NCBI RefSeq assembly: GCF_009914755.1
Contig: NC_060933.1
Strand: one strand, 5' to 3'
DNA from: the human T2T-CHM13v2.0 reference genome, Homo sapiens
DNA: 64,000 nucleotides
This document shows, piece by piece, positions 1 to 16,650 of the stretch; within the stretch, counting starts at the first letter, position 1; each line of letters starts with the position of its first letter. The translations under genes and the position numbers were made by a program. A model generated the notes under the pieces. The model was not told the DNA's origin. It did not search any database and saw only the letters and a program-made list of their open reading frames with translations.

Positions 1-155
1 TAAGACAAATAGCAAATGTATGTGGGGCTTAAAACCTAGATGACGGGTTGACAGGTCCAACAAACCACCATGGCACATATATACCTATGTAACAAACCTA
101 CACATTCTGCACTTGTATCTCAGAACCTAAAGTAAAATTTAAAAAAATAATAAAT
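1..155 (+). mobile_element. L1PA (about PA8-PA10) 3' UTR end with A-rich tail, truncated by window start
   Basis: ggggcttaaaacctagatgacgggttg...caccatggcacat...gtaacaaacctacacattctgcac...aaagtaaaatttaaaaaaataa matches the L1PA 3' terminus. Confidence 0.9.
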
Positions 156-159
156 ACAG

Positions 160-558
160 AAGCAGACTAAAGGCCTATCACAGTCAGACTGTTTAAAGCC
201 AATCATGAAGAACAAATCTTGAAAGAAGGTTTTAAAAAACAACGCTTTTTATACAAGGGAGCAGCAATACAATTGATGGCTGATTCTTAACAGAAACTAT
301 AAGGAGAGGATAAAAAAAGAGTGAAGTTACATCTTTAAAGTGCCAAAGGAAAAAAATATTGGTCAACTCATATTATATATCCAACAAAAGTATAATTCAA
401 GAATGAAGGCAAAATATACTTTTTCAGACACAAAAAACTAAAAGAATTCATTGCCTGCAAACCTATATTAAAAGAAATAGTAAATGAAATTCTTTAGGAG
501 GAAGAGAAATAATACCAGATGCAAATTTGAATCCTCTGAAAAGAATAAAGACTAATAA
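160..558 (+). mobile_element. Old L1M ORF1 remnant
   Basis: Degenerate ORF1 C-terminal motifs (gatggctgattcttaacagaaac, caagaatgaaggcaaaat, ttttcagacac...aaagaattcattgcc). Confidence 0.65.
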
Positions 559-559
559 G

Positions 560-855
560 GGCTGGACACATTGGCTCACGCCTGTAATCTCAGCACTTTT
601 GGAGGCCAAGGTGGGAGGATCACGAGGTCAGGAGTTCCAGACCAGCCTGGCCAACATGGTGAAACCCTGTCACTACCAAAAATACAAAAATTTGCTGGCC
701 GTGATGGTGCACGCCTGTAATTCCAGCTATATGGGAGGCTGAGGCAGGAGAATCATTTGAACCTGAGAGGCAGAGGTCACAGGGAGCCAAGATCGCACCA
801 CTGCACTCATTCCAGCCTGGGCAATAGAGTGAGACTCTGTCTCAAAAAAATAAAA
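560..855 (+). mobile_element. AluS (Sg-like)
   Basis: Full dimer; TSD aataaagactaataa at 544-558 and 856-870. Confidence 0.95.
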
Positions 856-1047
856 AATAAAGACTAATAAAAATGGTAAATATCAGAATAAATGTGAATG
901 ACTAACTTTTGTTTACTTTTGTTTGTCTTAATTTCTTTCTACATTGTTTAAGAATTTAAAATAAAATTATACCTTTTTCAACATTACTGTGAACCTAAAA
1001 CTGCTCTTAAAAAAAAACATTGCCTTCTGAGATTTATAACATGTGTA

Positions 1048-1120
1048 GGTGGGAAGAGTACTTGAGGCCAGGAATTCAAATCTAGCCTGGGCAACATAGT
1101 GAAACCCTGCCTTAAAAAAA
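1048..1120 (+). mobile_element. FLAM/AluJ left-monomer fragment
   Basis: cttgaggccaggaattcaaatctagcctgggcaacatagtgaaaccctg plus A tract. Confidence 0.8.
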
Positions 1121-1247
1121 AGATCCTGACTTAATGTTTGGTAATACAGTCCACCAAAATATTAATTACATTATATATTAATGAAGTAAAGACTCTAATT
1201 AGAAGACAGAGTTTGTCAAAAACTACTAAGAAAAAAACAAACAAAAA

Positions 1248-1877
1248 CTTCTCAAAAGAAGACATTCGTGTGGCCAACAAACCTATGAAAAGTCAGCATC
1301 ACTAATCATTAGAGAAAAGCAAATCAAAACCACAAGGAGATACCATCTCACACCAGTCAGAATGGTAATTATTTTTAAAAAGCCCAGAAACAACAGATGC
1401 TGAAGAGGTTGAGGACAAAAAGGAACACTTTTACACTGTTAGTGGGAGTGTAAATTAGTTCAACCATTGTGGAAGACAGTGTGGCAATTCCTCAAAGACC
1501 TAGAGACAGAAACACCATTTGACCCAGCAATCCCATTACTAGGTATATACGCAAAGTAATATAAATCATCCTATTATAAAGATACATGCATGTGTATGTT
1601 CATTGCAGCACTATTCACAATAGTGAAGACATGGAATCAACCCAAATGCCCATCAATGATAGAATGGATAAAGAAAATTTGGTACATATACACCGTGGAA
1701 TACTATGCAGCCATAAAAAGGAATGAGATTATGTCCTTTTCAGGGACATGGATGGAGTTGGAAGCCGTTATCCTCAGTCAACTAACACAGGAACAGAAAA
1801 CCAAATACCACATGTTCTCACTTATAAGTGGGAGCTGAACAATGAGAACACATGGACACATGTTGGGAAAAACAACA
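1248..1877 (+). mobile_element. L1PA (about PA10-PA13) ORF2 C-terminus and start of 3' UTR, 3'-truncated
   Basis: ORF 1590-1838 MFIAALFTIVKTWNQPKCPS...HMFSLISGS is the L1 ORF2 C-terminus; the 3' UTR breaks off at aacaaca. Confidence 0.95.
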
Positions 1878-2144
1878 ATTTCTCATATCTTAGAGGAAGA
1901 AGTTGCTTATTTATTTTCACTTTGATTCTCAGCCTTTCTTATTTACACTGCGTGATCCTGATGAGCTCTCATAGTCTCTCAGCCTCTGTTATATTAATAT
2001 TTAAGACAATCTTTCTCATTAGGCAAATCACAATGTGTCACTACTCTTTTAAAACATTTTCATAGCCTTTTATGGCCTAAAGAAAAGTCTCAAATCCTCA
2101 TCATGATATGTAGAACTCACCACATAAAAGTTCCACTCGTTTTT
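1876..2144 (+). repeat. Direct duplicate (about 93% identical) of 4573-4840
   Basis: Hand alignment gives about 19 differences over 269 bp; ORFs 1748-2065 and 4649-4960 share ILMSSHSLSxSVILIFKTIFLIRQITMC. Confidence 0.97.
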
Positions 2145-2194
2145 GGTTTTTTTTAAGTACAATATTATTTCAAATCGACGTAATAATGAGTCAA

Positions 2195-2392
2195 ATGATC
2201 TCCTGAAACTCTCTCATTACTTCTTTCATGCTTCTTACATTAAAACCCTCCTTCAATTGGTCTGTTTCTCTGTCTATCTAGATCGGGAGGTCTTTAAAAG
2301 CAGAGAAATTGTTTTATTAATCTCCACATGCACAGTGCCTGCCCTAGCTCCTAGAACCTAAAAGGAGATCACTAAATGAATGAATAAATGAA
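2195..2392 (+). mobile_element. L2 3' end
   Basis: cagtgcctgccctag...actaaatgaatgaataaatgaa terminal motif. Confidence 0.65.
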
Positions 2393-3561
2393 CTATAAAC
2401 CTAGAGGATACTATAAATCACTGAAAAGCCAAGAATCACGGTATTCTAATATCATACCCTTTGGCTAAAAAGTATGCTATTTTGGAAGAAGATAGAAAGC
2501 AAAGAAAGAATAGTTTGAAATCAGACCTGGAGGCTTGTGCTGAGTGATTTCACACACATGCTCTCTGCAACATTCATGAGTCAGTCATACACAGCCTCAT
2601 CTACCAGGAGGCTAAAGATCATAAGGTTAATCTTTTTATCACATAATATTTATTTCTCACTACTTGAGATTGATGGGTGTTGCCCTCTATGAATTCAGCT
2701 TCTTTGCTTCAGGCACATCTTCATCCTTCCTGGAATATCAATATTGCCAAGGGTACACAGCACCTTCAATGGAGAGTGTATTTTTTTCTTACCTGTTGAA
2801 ATTCCTAAGCATTTCTCGACAGGTGGTGTTTTCAGCTAGAAAGTCGCACATTTCATTTTGAAGCATATCTTTCTCACCATGAATATATTAAGTACGAGGA
2901 AGGCATTTGGAGGGATTACTGGACCAAACCACTGACGGCTAATCAGTTCTTATATACCAATCATATCACAAACCTATATAGAAATGGCACTATGTTACCA
3001 TGATTAAATTTGAGTATGATTTCTGCCTTGAATGTTTTATTGGGAATTAAGGAGGGTGATTCACTATACCAGAGGCTACAAAGGGAATTTTTATGGAAAA
3101 TCAAATAGGCAGTATAGCTTGATAGTTTGTCAAGTTTCTTCAAGAGGTTGACAACATTGCCTCTTCAGAGGGAAAAGAAGTCTTTTACCCATGTATTCAG
3201 CAGGTTAACAGATTTTGTTAGCACAAGTTTTGAAAATCACTTGATTTGATGTGGTACTGTGCAGCTTATGTGTCAATTTGAGCATCATTTTATTGATTTT
3301 TTCCACGGAGAAGACAGGGTTAATAGAATTACAATAGAATTTTAGTGAACTCCCATTCCATAAGATTTGGCAATAATAATAATCATCATTTTTCTATCTT
3401 CTTGAAAGTACTTTCAAAGTTTTATAGTAATAGGCCACTAAAAAACAATGACATATACCAGAACATAGAAATACATTGTTTTACTGACAAATGCTCCAAA
3501 GTTTAGGGTTAGTTTGAATGACAGATTTTTAAAAATACATTTGCATTTCACATGGGTATAC

Positions 3562-3800
3562 ATATGGTGTAATGAAAAGAACATAGTCTTTTGAATCAAC
3601 TGGACTTTGTTCAAGCTTGAGTATTGCTACTAACCAATTGGATGAGCTCAGGCAAGCATTCTGGCATTTTGAATTTCTATTTTCAGTGTTTGTAACATGG
3701 GAATATTTATACCTGCCTTGTGAAGTTGTTCTTAGAATGAAAAGAGATGATAAACACACTGACCAGTCTCAGTAGGTGCATATTACATGTTAGTTCCCTC
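3562..3800 (+). mobile_element. MIR
   Basis: gtgtaatgaaaagaacatagtc...caggcaagc...gtttgtaacatgggaatatttatacctgcc...gttgttcttagaatgaaaagagat core. Confidence 0.75.
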
Positions 3801-4499
3801 TCATATGAACAAGGACAAACACATCGTTCTATGGCAACTTCTCTCTGTTCCATTCTCCCCCATCCTCCAGCTGCTGCTCCTCATCATAAGACCATAATAT
3901 AGGTCTGAATGTGAGTCTCTTCTATCACTAAGTAGTCACTCATTTTATCTATATCTTGTCTGTCTCTCAATTTAAACATAATTAAAAGATAGAACACTGT
4001 GAACTAGGTAGCCCAAGATGACGGGGGAAGACCCAGAAAGGAAAAGCACAGGGAGGAGACACACCAGGCAGAATGAAAGATCAGAGATAACAAGGCCACA
4101 GCTGTTCCAAAGCAGATGTCTTCCTGATGTTATTCACCATTGAGTAAGTTTCTGCTGTTATCCCCAGAGACAAACAGAATTTCTTCCTCAAAAAACTAAT
4201 TCCTGAAATATATGGCTTATGTTTCATGTTTTCTGTGGGGACACTCCCTCTCAATGTCCTGCATGATTCAGCACCCTAGGGGACCTACAGGGTCCCTTTG
4301 ACTCTTCCCACCCACCTCCTATTCTGAATTTCAGGAGATCATTTGACTCATTATTACGTGGATTTGAAATAATATTGTATTTAAGCACAGTCTAAACCAA
4401 ATCATGTTTTGATTCTTTTTTTGTCGTTGCTGTTTTTTTCCCAAACCACTCCTGGAAACCTTCAAACTTAACCAATTTCCTTGCTGGCTACTTCATTAA

Positions 4500-5345
4500 G
4501 AAGTTGGAGGAACCCAAACTGAGTCCTTTATACTACTCCCACCTTTGTCCCTGTCTAGACTGAGCCTCTTCTCAATTTCTCATATCTTAGAGGAAGAAGT
4601 TGCTTATTTATTTTCGCTTTTATTTTCAGCTTCTCTTATTTACACTACATGATCCTGATGAGCTCTCATAGTCTCTCAACCTCTGTTATATTGATATTTA
4701 AGACAATCTTTCTCATTAGACAAATCACAATGTGTACTACTCTCTTCAAACATTTTGATAGCCTTTTATGGCCTAAAGAAAAGTCTCAAATCCTCATCAT
4801 GGTATGTAGAACTCACCACACTCAAGTTCCATTCGTTTTTTCTTTTTTTTTTTTCCAATTTCAACATCTACTACATATTTGTTCCTTTCTGTGTTATCAG
4901 ATAACTTACCATACCCTAACCATTCCACGAGCATCCACACCTCCATGCTTGTGCTCATGATTTTTTCCTTCAGCTTTATATCCCTTCACCAATCATTTCT
5001 CAAGGCTCAACTCAAAATTACCTTTCAGGTGCTTTCCATGATTTTCCAAGCTGGAATTAATCCTTTTGTCTGCAAATGTTATGCTGCCTCTAGATAAGTT
5101 ATAAGACTTATTACATTCAGATTTATATTTACCTGACTCTTCTTTAGTAACGATAACTGTAATTCAGTTATCATTACTTAAGTAAAACATTTTTATTTAC
5201 CCAACTCTCTCTCGCTCCCTCTCTCTTCATGAAACTATAGCTCCTTGATGTTTGAAAGCAAGTGTTAGCAATCAGCTTTCCCAGGGTGCACAGGACAATG
5301 GTTTGATTATGTAAGTGCCAATAAGGTCTGGCGAAGGAGTAAACA
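4500..5345 (+). mobile_element. L2 remnant (contains the donor of the 1876-2144 duplicate and the 5142-5203 insertion)
   Basis: aagtctcaaatcctcatcatgg, ctcaaggctcaactcaaaattacctt, actatagctccttga...caataa are L2 3' motifs. Confidence 0.6.
5142..5203. repeat. Fold-back templated insertion: inverted plus direct copy of 6363-6405
   Basis: 5142-5163 is the reverse complement of 6363-6384 (21/22); 5165-5203 equals 6367-6405 (38/39). Confidence 0.9.
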
Positions 5346-7659
5346 CAAAAGGAGGTGTTATTTATTGATGTATTGATTTATGTATATTCCTTTTGCTATG
5401 ACTGTTTCCCACAGCAGGGATTAACACAGTAAGATTGCTGAACTGCTACAGGGACATTTTTTGTTTTGTATTTTCACAACCTATGCAAGGAAACTTTAGG
5501 GACTTTGAGTGATGGACAACCCCCTATCAGATATCATCAGCCTGAAACATCCTTATCTTGGCATTAAATTAGAAGGAACCCCAGACCCTGCGTACCAGAA
5601 TTGTTAGAATCACAGTCTCAGTAAAGAACCAACTCCTGATCACTTCTCTAAAGGAAAGTTCTAGAAGTCTGCACACTCTGCAGTCACTTTCACTTCTATC
5701 CAAGTGTACACTTAGAACTCTAGAAAACACTACGGACAGTCTTCAGCCAGGTAAAGCCTAAAACCAGCAAAGAACAGGGAGAGTGAGGGATTGTGAGAGA
5801 AATTTATATTTGTCTTATTTAACCTTCAAGGGACAGAATTTATTGTATGAAACTCAGGAGCACCTGAAGACATAGTTTACCTAGAAGACTAGTGGGGTAT
5901 TAAGCATTTTGGAATCTCTATTTTCAGAATACCACCTGGCTAATTAACTCCAACACTACTACCACTTCTTACCCATGAATTTAGGCATTTTCTAGAGCAG
6001 AGGCAAGATTTCTGAACATAAGTGTTTTCTCAAGACCTTGCTGTTAATTTTGGAGAGTTATAAATGTGTTTAGGGTCCAGTTAATTTCTGACTTTACCAA
6101 AAATTTCTGATAATGAATGATTAAACTATGCTATGTGATTTCAACTTTTTAGGGGAAATGGCTATATAAATGTACTGGAACTTTTAAAATATTTCTGACG
6201 GCAAACAATCACTATTTTGGGTTCAAGCAATACTACTATACCATTAATACATTTACTCTACAACCTATAAGTCAAAATAGGTGTGTTAATTGTCCAAGGA
6301 TTCCACCTAGAGTAGTAGGTGCTGGTAGATGGTTTCGCCCTTTCTATGGTTAAAATTATAGCATTACAGTTATCATTACTAAAGTAAAACATTTTTATTT
6401 ACCCAGTGTAGAACATATTTCTCATCTCTAATATCTGAATTCATGATTGTCAAAGAAAAGTTACCCATCTAACATTTGACCATGCTGAAATTCCTTGAAA
6501 CTAAAAATAGGCAGTGCCTTTGGTATAAAATTGATGTATGAGGTTCCCCAAACAAGATGTTTATGCATGGGCCTTTGTAGTTACTGTAATTTCAAATTGT
6601 AACCACATTGTTCTGATGATGGCTAATATCTCTCCTCAACTACAATCTGACTTCTCACACAGGAGAATCCTTTCTTATGACTTTCTGCTCATAAAATTTC
6701 AAAAACATTTAGTGTACTTATATATGCTTGAAATTTTTCATAAAATACATTTTAAAACATAGACAAAGTTGAGTAAAACATTATTTATAAAGTGGATTCG
6801 AGAATATAAAAGTATATTACAGTTTCTGAGAGAAAACACAATGTCTCTATCATAAAATTATATGTATGTAGCCCATAATAATGTTCTTTTTAGCCAAAGT
6901 TTTACCAAATAAAGCATATTATTAAACAAAAACTACTTTAGATCTTAGTTCATGATAACAAATTATTTTCATCAAAGATTATGTTTGTTATTACAATATA
7001 TGATTATGACACATAGTCTCAATATTTTCTTTTTCATAATCTTTAATTACACTGTGTACATAAAACTTGAACCCTTTCTGTTTTTATACTGTGGTTATCT
7101 CGTTATTATAAATATTCTTAAATGATTTTATGTTTCTATAATAAAATGCAATGCAAATTGTAAAATGCAATATCTAACTTGGTGAGATCAGGGGAAATAG
7201 CTAGTAATTTGCTTGGTAAGTGAAGCAGAACATTAAATGACTTATTATCAGATTTTATATTGTATTGAGAATCTGTGCCATAAATCTTACTATATTTGAA
7301 TTATAATGGTGGACAAATCACTTTCTACGACTTCTGTATCATAGTAAAGGAACCGTGATTATCCTTCATTGATTCAAGAATGATATCTATTTGTCACTTT
7401 TGACATGACATAGCTGAGTTATATTAGGATATAATAAGCTCCTTCTAACCATTTTGAATGTCGGCATCAGGGGAATTTAAAAAAAATGAAAAATAAAATT
7501 CCAGTCAATAGTAAGGACAGTGATAAGAAGCTTGAAGGACTTTTTAAAAAATATAAAGTAGGGTAATATATTGTGATTCTTTCAGAGTTCACATCAAATG
7601 TATTTGTGTGTGTGTATAACAATTTTGTTAAAGCTGCAGGTCTTAAGATGAAAAAAACT

Positions 7660-8560
7660 AAAGAGTGTACTCTGAAGTATAAATTAGATATACATTCATG
7701 GAAAAGATAGACCCTCTTTATGGATGAGAATATTAAATGTTGTAAAGATGGCAATTTACCTAAAAATAATTTAAAAATTTAAAGAATAGTAAATTTTCAA
7801 GCAAACATTTTGAGTTAACAATTATTTAGAAATATTTCAGTAAAAATAAACATTTTAGACTAGGTAGAATTTTTTTAAATAAAAGATGTTGACTTTCTCT
7901 GTCAGGTAATGAATATACTATAAAACCATAATTATAATAGTTTAGTCCTGGAAATAAGAACAAGGCAACAGATCAACAGAGCAGAATAAAAGAACTCCAA
8001 TCTGCTATACCAGAATCTATTCATATTTCTATCTTATTTCTCTATAATCAACTACTATTAATCTTATTTAGAATGGAAGTGAAAAACCATGCCAAACATT
8101 TAGAAAATAGTATTATTCAATAAGTACTAGAACTGTTCAGCTCTATAGAAGAAAAATTCTTACCTCTATAGCAAGAAAAAATCATTTGTTAAATAGTAAT
8201 TTGTGGAAAAATAAACCACAAAAATTGTTGAAGACTCTATTTAAAGGGGAGTAATTTCTAAATTCAAGCACAGTTGAAGAAATAATATAAAAGAGTTATT
8301 CTGAATATTAAAATGTTAAATATAGCAAAAACACCTCAAGAAGACAAAGAAGGTGAGAAAATACTTGTAGGGTTAAAAATTCATTGCCCTAATATAGAAA
8401 ATGCTTATGCAAATTGATAAAAATACAGCTAAAACTCCAACAGATTAATTGCAAAGTAGCTGAAAAAAAAAAGAACTAAAAGTTAGAAATATTCATGGCT
8501 AAGGATATGTTCAACTTGTAATAATGAAAAACTAATTAAAATGACAATGTTAAGCCATAC
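7660..8560 (+). mobile_element. Old L1M/L1ME ORF2 remnant
   Basis: tatggatgagaatattaaatgttgtaaagatggcaatttacctaaa; acagatcaacagagcagaata; tattattcaataag. Confidence 0.55.
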
Positions 8561-8703
8561 TTTAAGGAAACTAACCTTCTATTTCATCATTGAAAGAAGA
8601 TTGAAGAAAATCTGTATTTTCAGCAAGGACTCTAGGTGATTCCATGAAGCTGTGTACTTTATTTAGATACTGTTATACTCACAATAACTCCCCACTTATT
8701 CTG

Positions 8704-8978
8704 CATCATTTATTTAGTAAACATCGATGAGGGCTTACTATGTTTCAGGCACTGTTCTACATGTGGGAAAAGCAACAAACAAAATACACAAGGATCCCTT
8801 CACAGAAAGATAATGAAGGGGAGTACACTAGGAGAAATGGAGGAGCTTTGAGAGTGTTCAAAAACAAATGACTTTTGGGGAAAGACTAGAAGGAGATGAT
8901 GGGCCAGTTATCCATGTAATTAACTCGGGGAAGAGCATGACAGATAGAGGGCACAGGAAGTCCCAAAGCCTTGAAGCT
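8704..8978 (-). mobile_element. L2 3' end
   Basis: catttatttagtaaacat...cttactatgtttcaggcactgttcta; ggggaagagcatgacagatagagg. Confidence 0.7.
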
Positions 8979-9593
8979 GTCACTATTTTTTGTAGTTTCC
9001 CAGGTGATTTGAATCTGCAGCCAGGATTAAGAGTCACGAGGGTCATTTTTTCAAGAGACCCTTCTTAATCTCTACCACAAGCTAAAAATACTTGGGAAAG
9101 AATGCAAAATAGTAGATGCAAAAAATTTTTCTCTGAATCTTTCCCCAACTCAATAAAATCAGAACTGATTTTATTTTTCAAATAGACAAGCTAAACACCC
9201 AGTGTTACAGTCTTTGACATTTTTACCATGTCCTCAGTGAAGACATTTTCAACATGAGGGAAAATTAAATCAGCATTTCTTTACCTTAATGTTTAAAAAA
9301 CCTTAACTGGTGCATTTACCAAGTGAAAATCACAATAATGTAAATTTGGTTCTAAACAAAAAAGAATTATTTGATAAATATATTTGTATTCTATTATCTA
9401 AGGTATTTTTACACTTAGGAAAAATATTTAGTATTGGTATCAATGGATGGCATATCCACTCACATACATGTAAGTAAACAACTAGGTATAGAGGTATAGA
9501 AAGAAAGAAAAGTAAGTCATTAGCAACAATTACCACCTTTGTTAAAATTTAATGAGCTCTTAATGAACTATCACAGATAAGATGTTGGTGTCA

Positions 9594-9799
9594 ATGCCAA
9601 GTAGAATAATAGACATTGGAGACTCTAAAATGTGGGTGGGTGGAAGAGGGTTGAGGGATAAGAAATTAACTACTGTGTATAATATACACTATTCGGTTGA
9701 TGGTTACACTAAAAGCCCAGATTTCAACACTAGGCAATATATCCTTGTGACAAAACTGCACTTGTACCCCCTAAATCTGTAAAATTTTTTAAATAAAAA
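9594..9799 (+). mobile_element. L1PB (PB3/PB4-like) 3' end, 5'-truncated
   Basis: ggttacactaaaagcccagatttc...aaaactgcacttgtaccccctaaatct; TSD aagatRttggtgtca at 9579-9593 and 9800-9814. Confidence 0.9.
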
Positions 9800-10668
9800 A
9801 AGATATTGGTGTCAGAAATGTCTTTAAAGACTTATGCTAACAGCAAAATATAGACATTCCCCTTTCTGTGTACACTTTGGATTAAATAACAGGCCAGGAG
9901 TAAGCCATGACAGATTTTAATAGAGCCTTTCACTGAAGCCTTTCCTCTAGTTCTAGTCTCTGTCCTAAGCAAAATAATGAAGACAGTGTATGCTTTGTTA
10001 ATAGCCTATTTCACTTCCTAATTAAGAAGGTCACAAGTAACAATACTCCTTATCTCCACACCCTTTCAACTGCAGGTGTATTACATTAATTCCATTTAAT
10101 TTGTTTAAATCCATAACATATGTCAAAGATCTTACAGCGTTTTATATCTATCTTGCAGTTCAGCTGTAAAAGGAATTACTGAAAAGTCACCTTGGTGCTA
10201 GGTTTCATTAATTTAATTATGAATTGCTTTTCCATTTACCATTGAGTGGCTAAAATAATGCAACATTGGATCATGTTTTATAATAATGGAATACATAATT
10301 AAAATCATAATTCAATAAAACATGCTTATTCTACTATTCTCATTAGAGCCAGTTTTATTTCACTTGCAAAGTAATAAAAATAAAAATAATGCCTGGCATT
10401 ATTTTCATGACACTCCAGATATAAGCAGGTACACTGTATACAACAATGGAGGAAAACATTGTATTACCTAGAAAATCCAGTCAGTTTAGTTTATTTAAAT
10501 TTCAAGTCAAAAGTTCTACTGTTTTTCTGAATGATCCAACTACAATATCTACCTAACTCAAAGATCCTATCTTATACAAGCTCTCCATTGAAGCTGTTCT
10601 CCTTAAATATATGGGTATAAATTAGTGTGAAAATAGTAAAGGTACTAAGAGCATAGCATCATAGCGTC

Positions 10669-10967
10669 TTTTTTTTTTTTTTTTTTTTTAACAGAGTCTC
10701 GCTCTGTTGCCCAGGCTGGAGTGCAGTGGTGCTAACTTGGCTTGCTGCAATCTCCGCCTCCCAGGTTCAAGCGATTCTCCATCCTCAGTAGCTTGGATTA
10801 CAGTCACCCACCACCATGCCCGGCTTACTTTTGTGTGTGTGTATTTTTAGTAGAGACAGATTTCACCATGTTGACCAGGCTAGCCTCGAACTCCTGACCT
10901 AAAGTGAACTGCTTCCTTCAGCCTCCTAAAGTGCTGGGATTACAGGAGTAAGCCACCATGCCTGGCC
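10669..10967 (-). mobile_element. AluS
   Basis: Poly-T followed by a reverse Alu dimer ending cctggcc. Confidence 0.95.
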
Positions 10968-11184
10968 AAGCATAGTATCTTAATACTTACCTATATTGCT
11001 TCTATTTTTTTGTATCTTTCTTATGGTTGTTTCAGCTCTTTGTTATGCAAAATGTAAGACTAAAAAGTGATTTAGGTTTTCTCTCAGCTGTGCTATTTTC
11101 CAGTTTAGAATGACATTTTGGGGAACTGTTCTCTGCTTCTGATTATCACAGTTCTCAAAAGAGGAGTATGCATTTGCTTGCTCC

Positions 11185-11395
11185 AATTCCTCTTCTTCTA
11201 CACTCTCTTAAGCATTCCTCAACCAGTCTAATATCTCATAGTTCCCCAAAACTGCTCTGTTCAAGACCATTAGTAAGATCTTTGATGTTAATCTGTGGAC
11301 CGTATCTCTGTCCTTATTTTACTTGAAGCCCAACAGCACGTAAAAAAGTTGTTCTCCTCTCCTCCCTGCTACACTTTCCTTATGTGGCTTGCTGG
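11185..11395 (+). mobile_element. L2 internal fragment
   Basis: aaactgctctgttcaagaccattagt...gtccttattttacttgaagcccaacagca. Confidence 0.6.
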
Positions 11396-11590
11396 GCTCC
11401 TCAGTCCCCTGTGAAAAACTCTGACATGGAGATACTGCAGACCAGTAGAAGGGCTGGGCAGACACTATACAGAAACAGTATGCCCTACATGCTCCTTGGC
11501 TAAATCTCTAGAATTTTTTCAGAACTCATCCACAAATTGAATGGATTTCCTTGATAATCCCAGTCATCTCCTTCTTAATAACAGAATTTC

Positions 11591-15267
<3,677 letters not shown>

Positions 15268-15270
<3 letters not shown>

Positions 15271-16650
15271 ACCAGCAATGGAACAAAGCTGGACAGAGAA
15301 TGACTTTGACGAGTTGAGAGAAGAAGGCTTCAGATGATCAAACTACTCCGAGCTAAAGGAGGAAGTTCGAACCCATGGCAAAGAAGTTAAAAACCTTGAA
15401 AAAAAATTAGACAAATGGCTAACTAGGATAACCAATCCTGAGAAGTCCTTAAAGGACCTGATGGAGCTGAAAACCACGGCACGAGAACTACGTGACGAAT
15501 GCACAAGCCTCAGTAACCGATTCGATCAACTGGAAGAAAGGGTATCAGTGATGGAAGATCAAATGAATGAAATGAAGCAAGAAGAGAAGTTTAGAGAAAA
15601 AAAGAATAAAAAGAAATGAACAAAGCCTCCAAGAAATATGGGACTATGTGAAAAGACCAAATCTACATCTGATTGGCGTACCTGAAAGTGATGAGGAGAA
15701 TGGAACCAAGCTGGAAAACACTCCGCAGGATATTATCCAGGAGAACTTCGCCAACCTAGCAAGGCAGGCCAACATTCAAATTCAGGAAATACAGAGAACA
15801 CCACAAAGATACTCCTCGAGAAGAGCAACTCCAAGACACATAATTGTCAGATTCACCAAAGTTGAAATGAAGGAAAAAATGTTAAGGGCAGCCAGAGAGA
15901 AAGGTCGGATTACCCAAAAAGGGAAGCCCATCAGACTAACAGCGGATCTCTCGGCAGAAACTCTATAAGCCAGAAGAGAGTAGGGGCCAATATTCAACAT
16001 TCTTAGAGAAAAGAATTTTCAACCCATAATTTCATATCCAGCCAAACTAAGCTTCATAAGTGAAGGAGACATAAAATCCTTTACAGACAAGCAAATGCTG
16101 AGAGATTTTGTCACCACCGGTCCTGCCCTAAAAGAGCTCCTGAAGGAAGCACTAAACATGGAAAGGAACAACTGGTACCAGCCACTGCAAAAACATGCCA
16201 AATTGTAAAGACCATCGAGGCTGGGAAGAAACTGCATCAACTAAGGAGCAAAATAACCAGCTAACGTCATAATGACAGGATCAAATTCACACATAACAAT
16301 ATTAACCTTAATGTAAATGGGCTAAATGCTGCAATTAAAAGACACAGACTGGCAAATTGGATAAAGATTCAAGACCCATCAGTGTGCTGTATTCAGGAAA
16401 CCCATCTCATGTGCAGAGACACACATAGGCTTAAAATAAAGGGATGGAGGAAGATCTACCAAGCAAATGGAAAACAAAAAAAGGCAGGGGTTGCAATCCT
16501 AGTCTCTGATAAAACAGAGTTTAAACCAACAAAGATCAAAAGAGACAAAGAAGGCCATTACATAATGTTAAAGGGATCAATTCAACAAGAAGAGCTAACT
16601 ATCCTAAATATATATGCACCCAATACAGGAGCACCCGGATTCATAAAGCA
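15268..16650 (+). mobile_element. Inverted 5' part (ORF1 and EN start) of the same L1PA3/4
   Basis: ORF1 fragment 15648-15968 and EN fragment 16382-16720; second TSD aataacagaatttc at 16651-16664. Confidence 0.97.

Noticed and set aside
2792-2940. Minus-strand exon candidate ending in a strong donor (cag|gtaag)
   Set aside because: The reading frame closes shortly upstream and there is no clear acceptor; one motif is insufficient.
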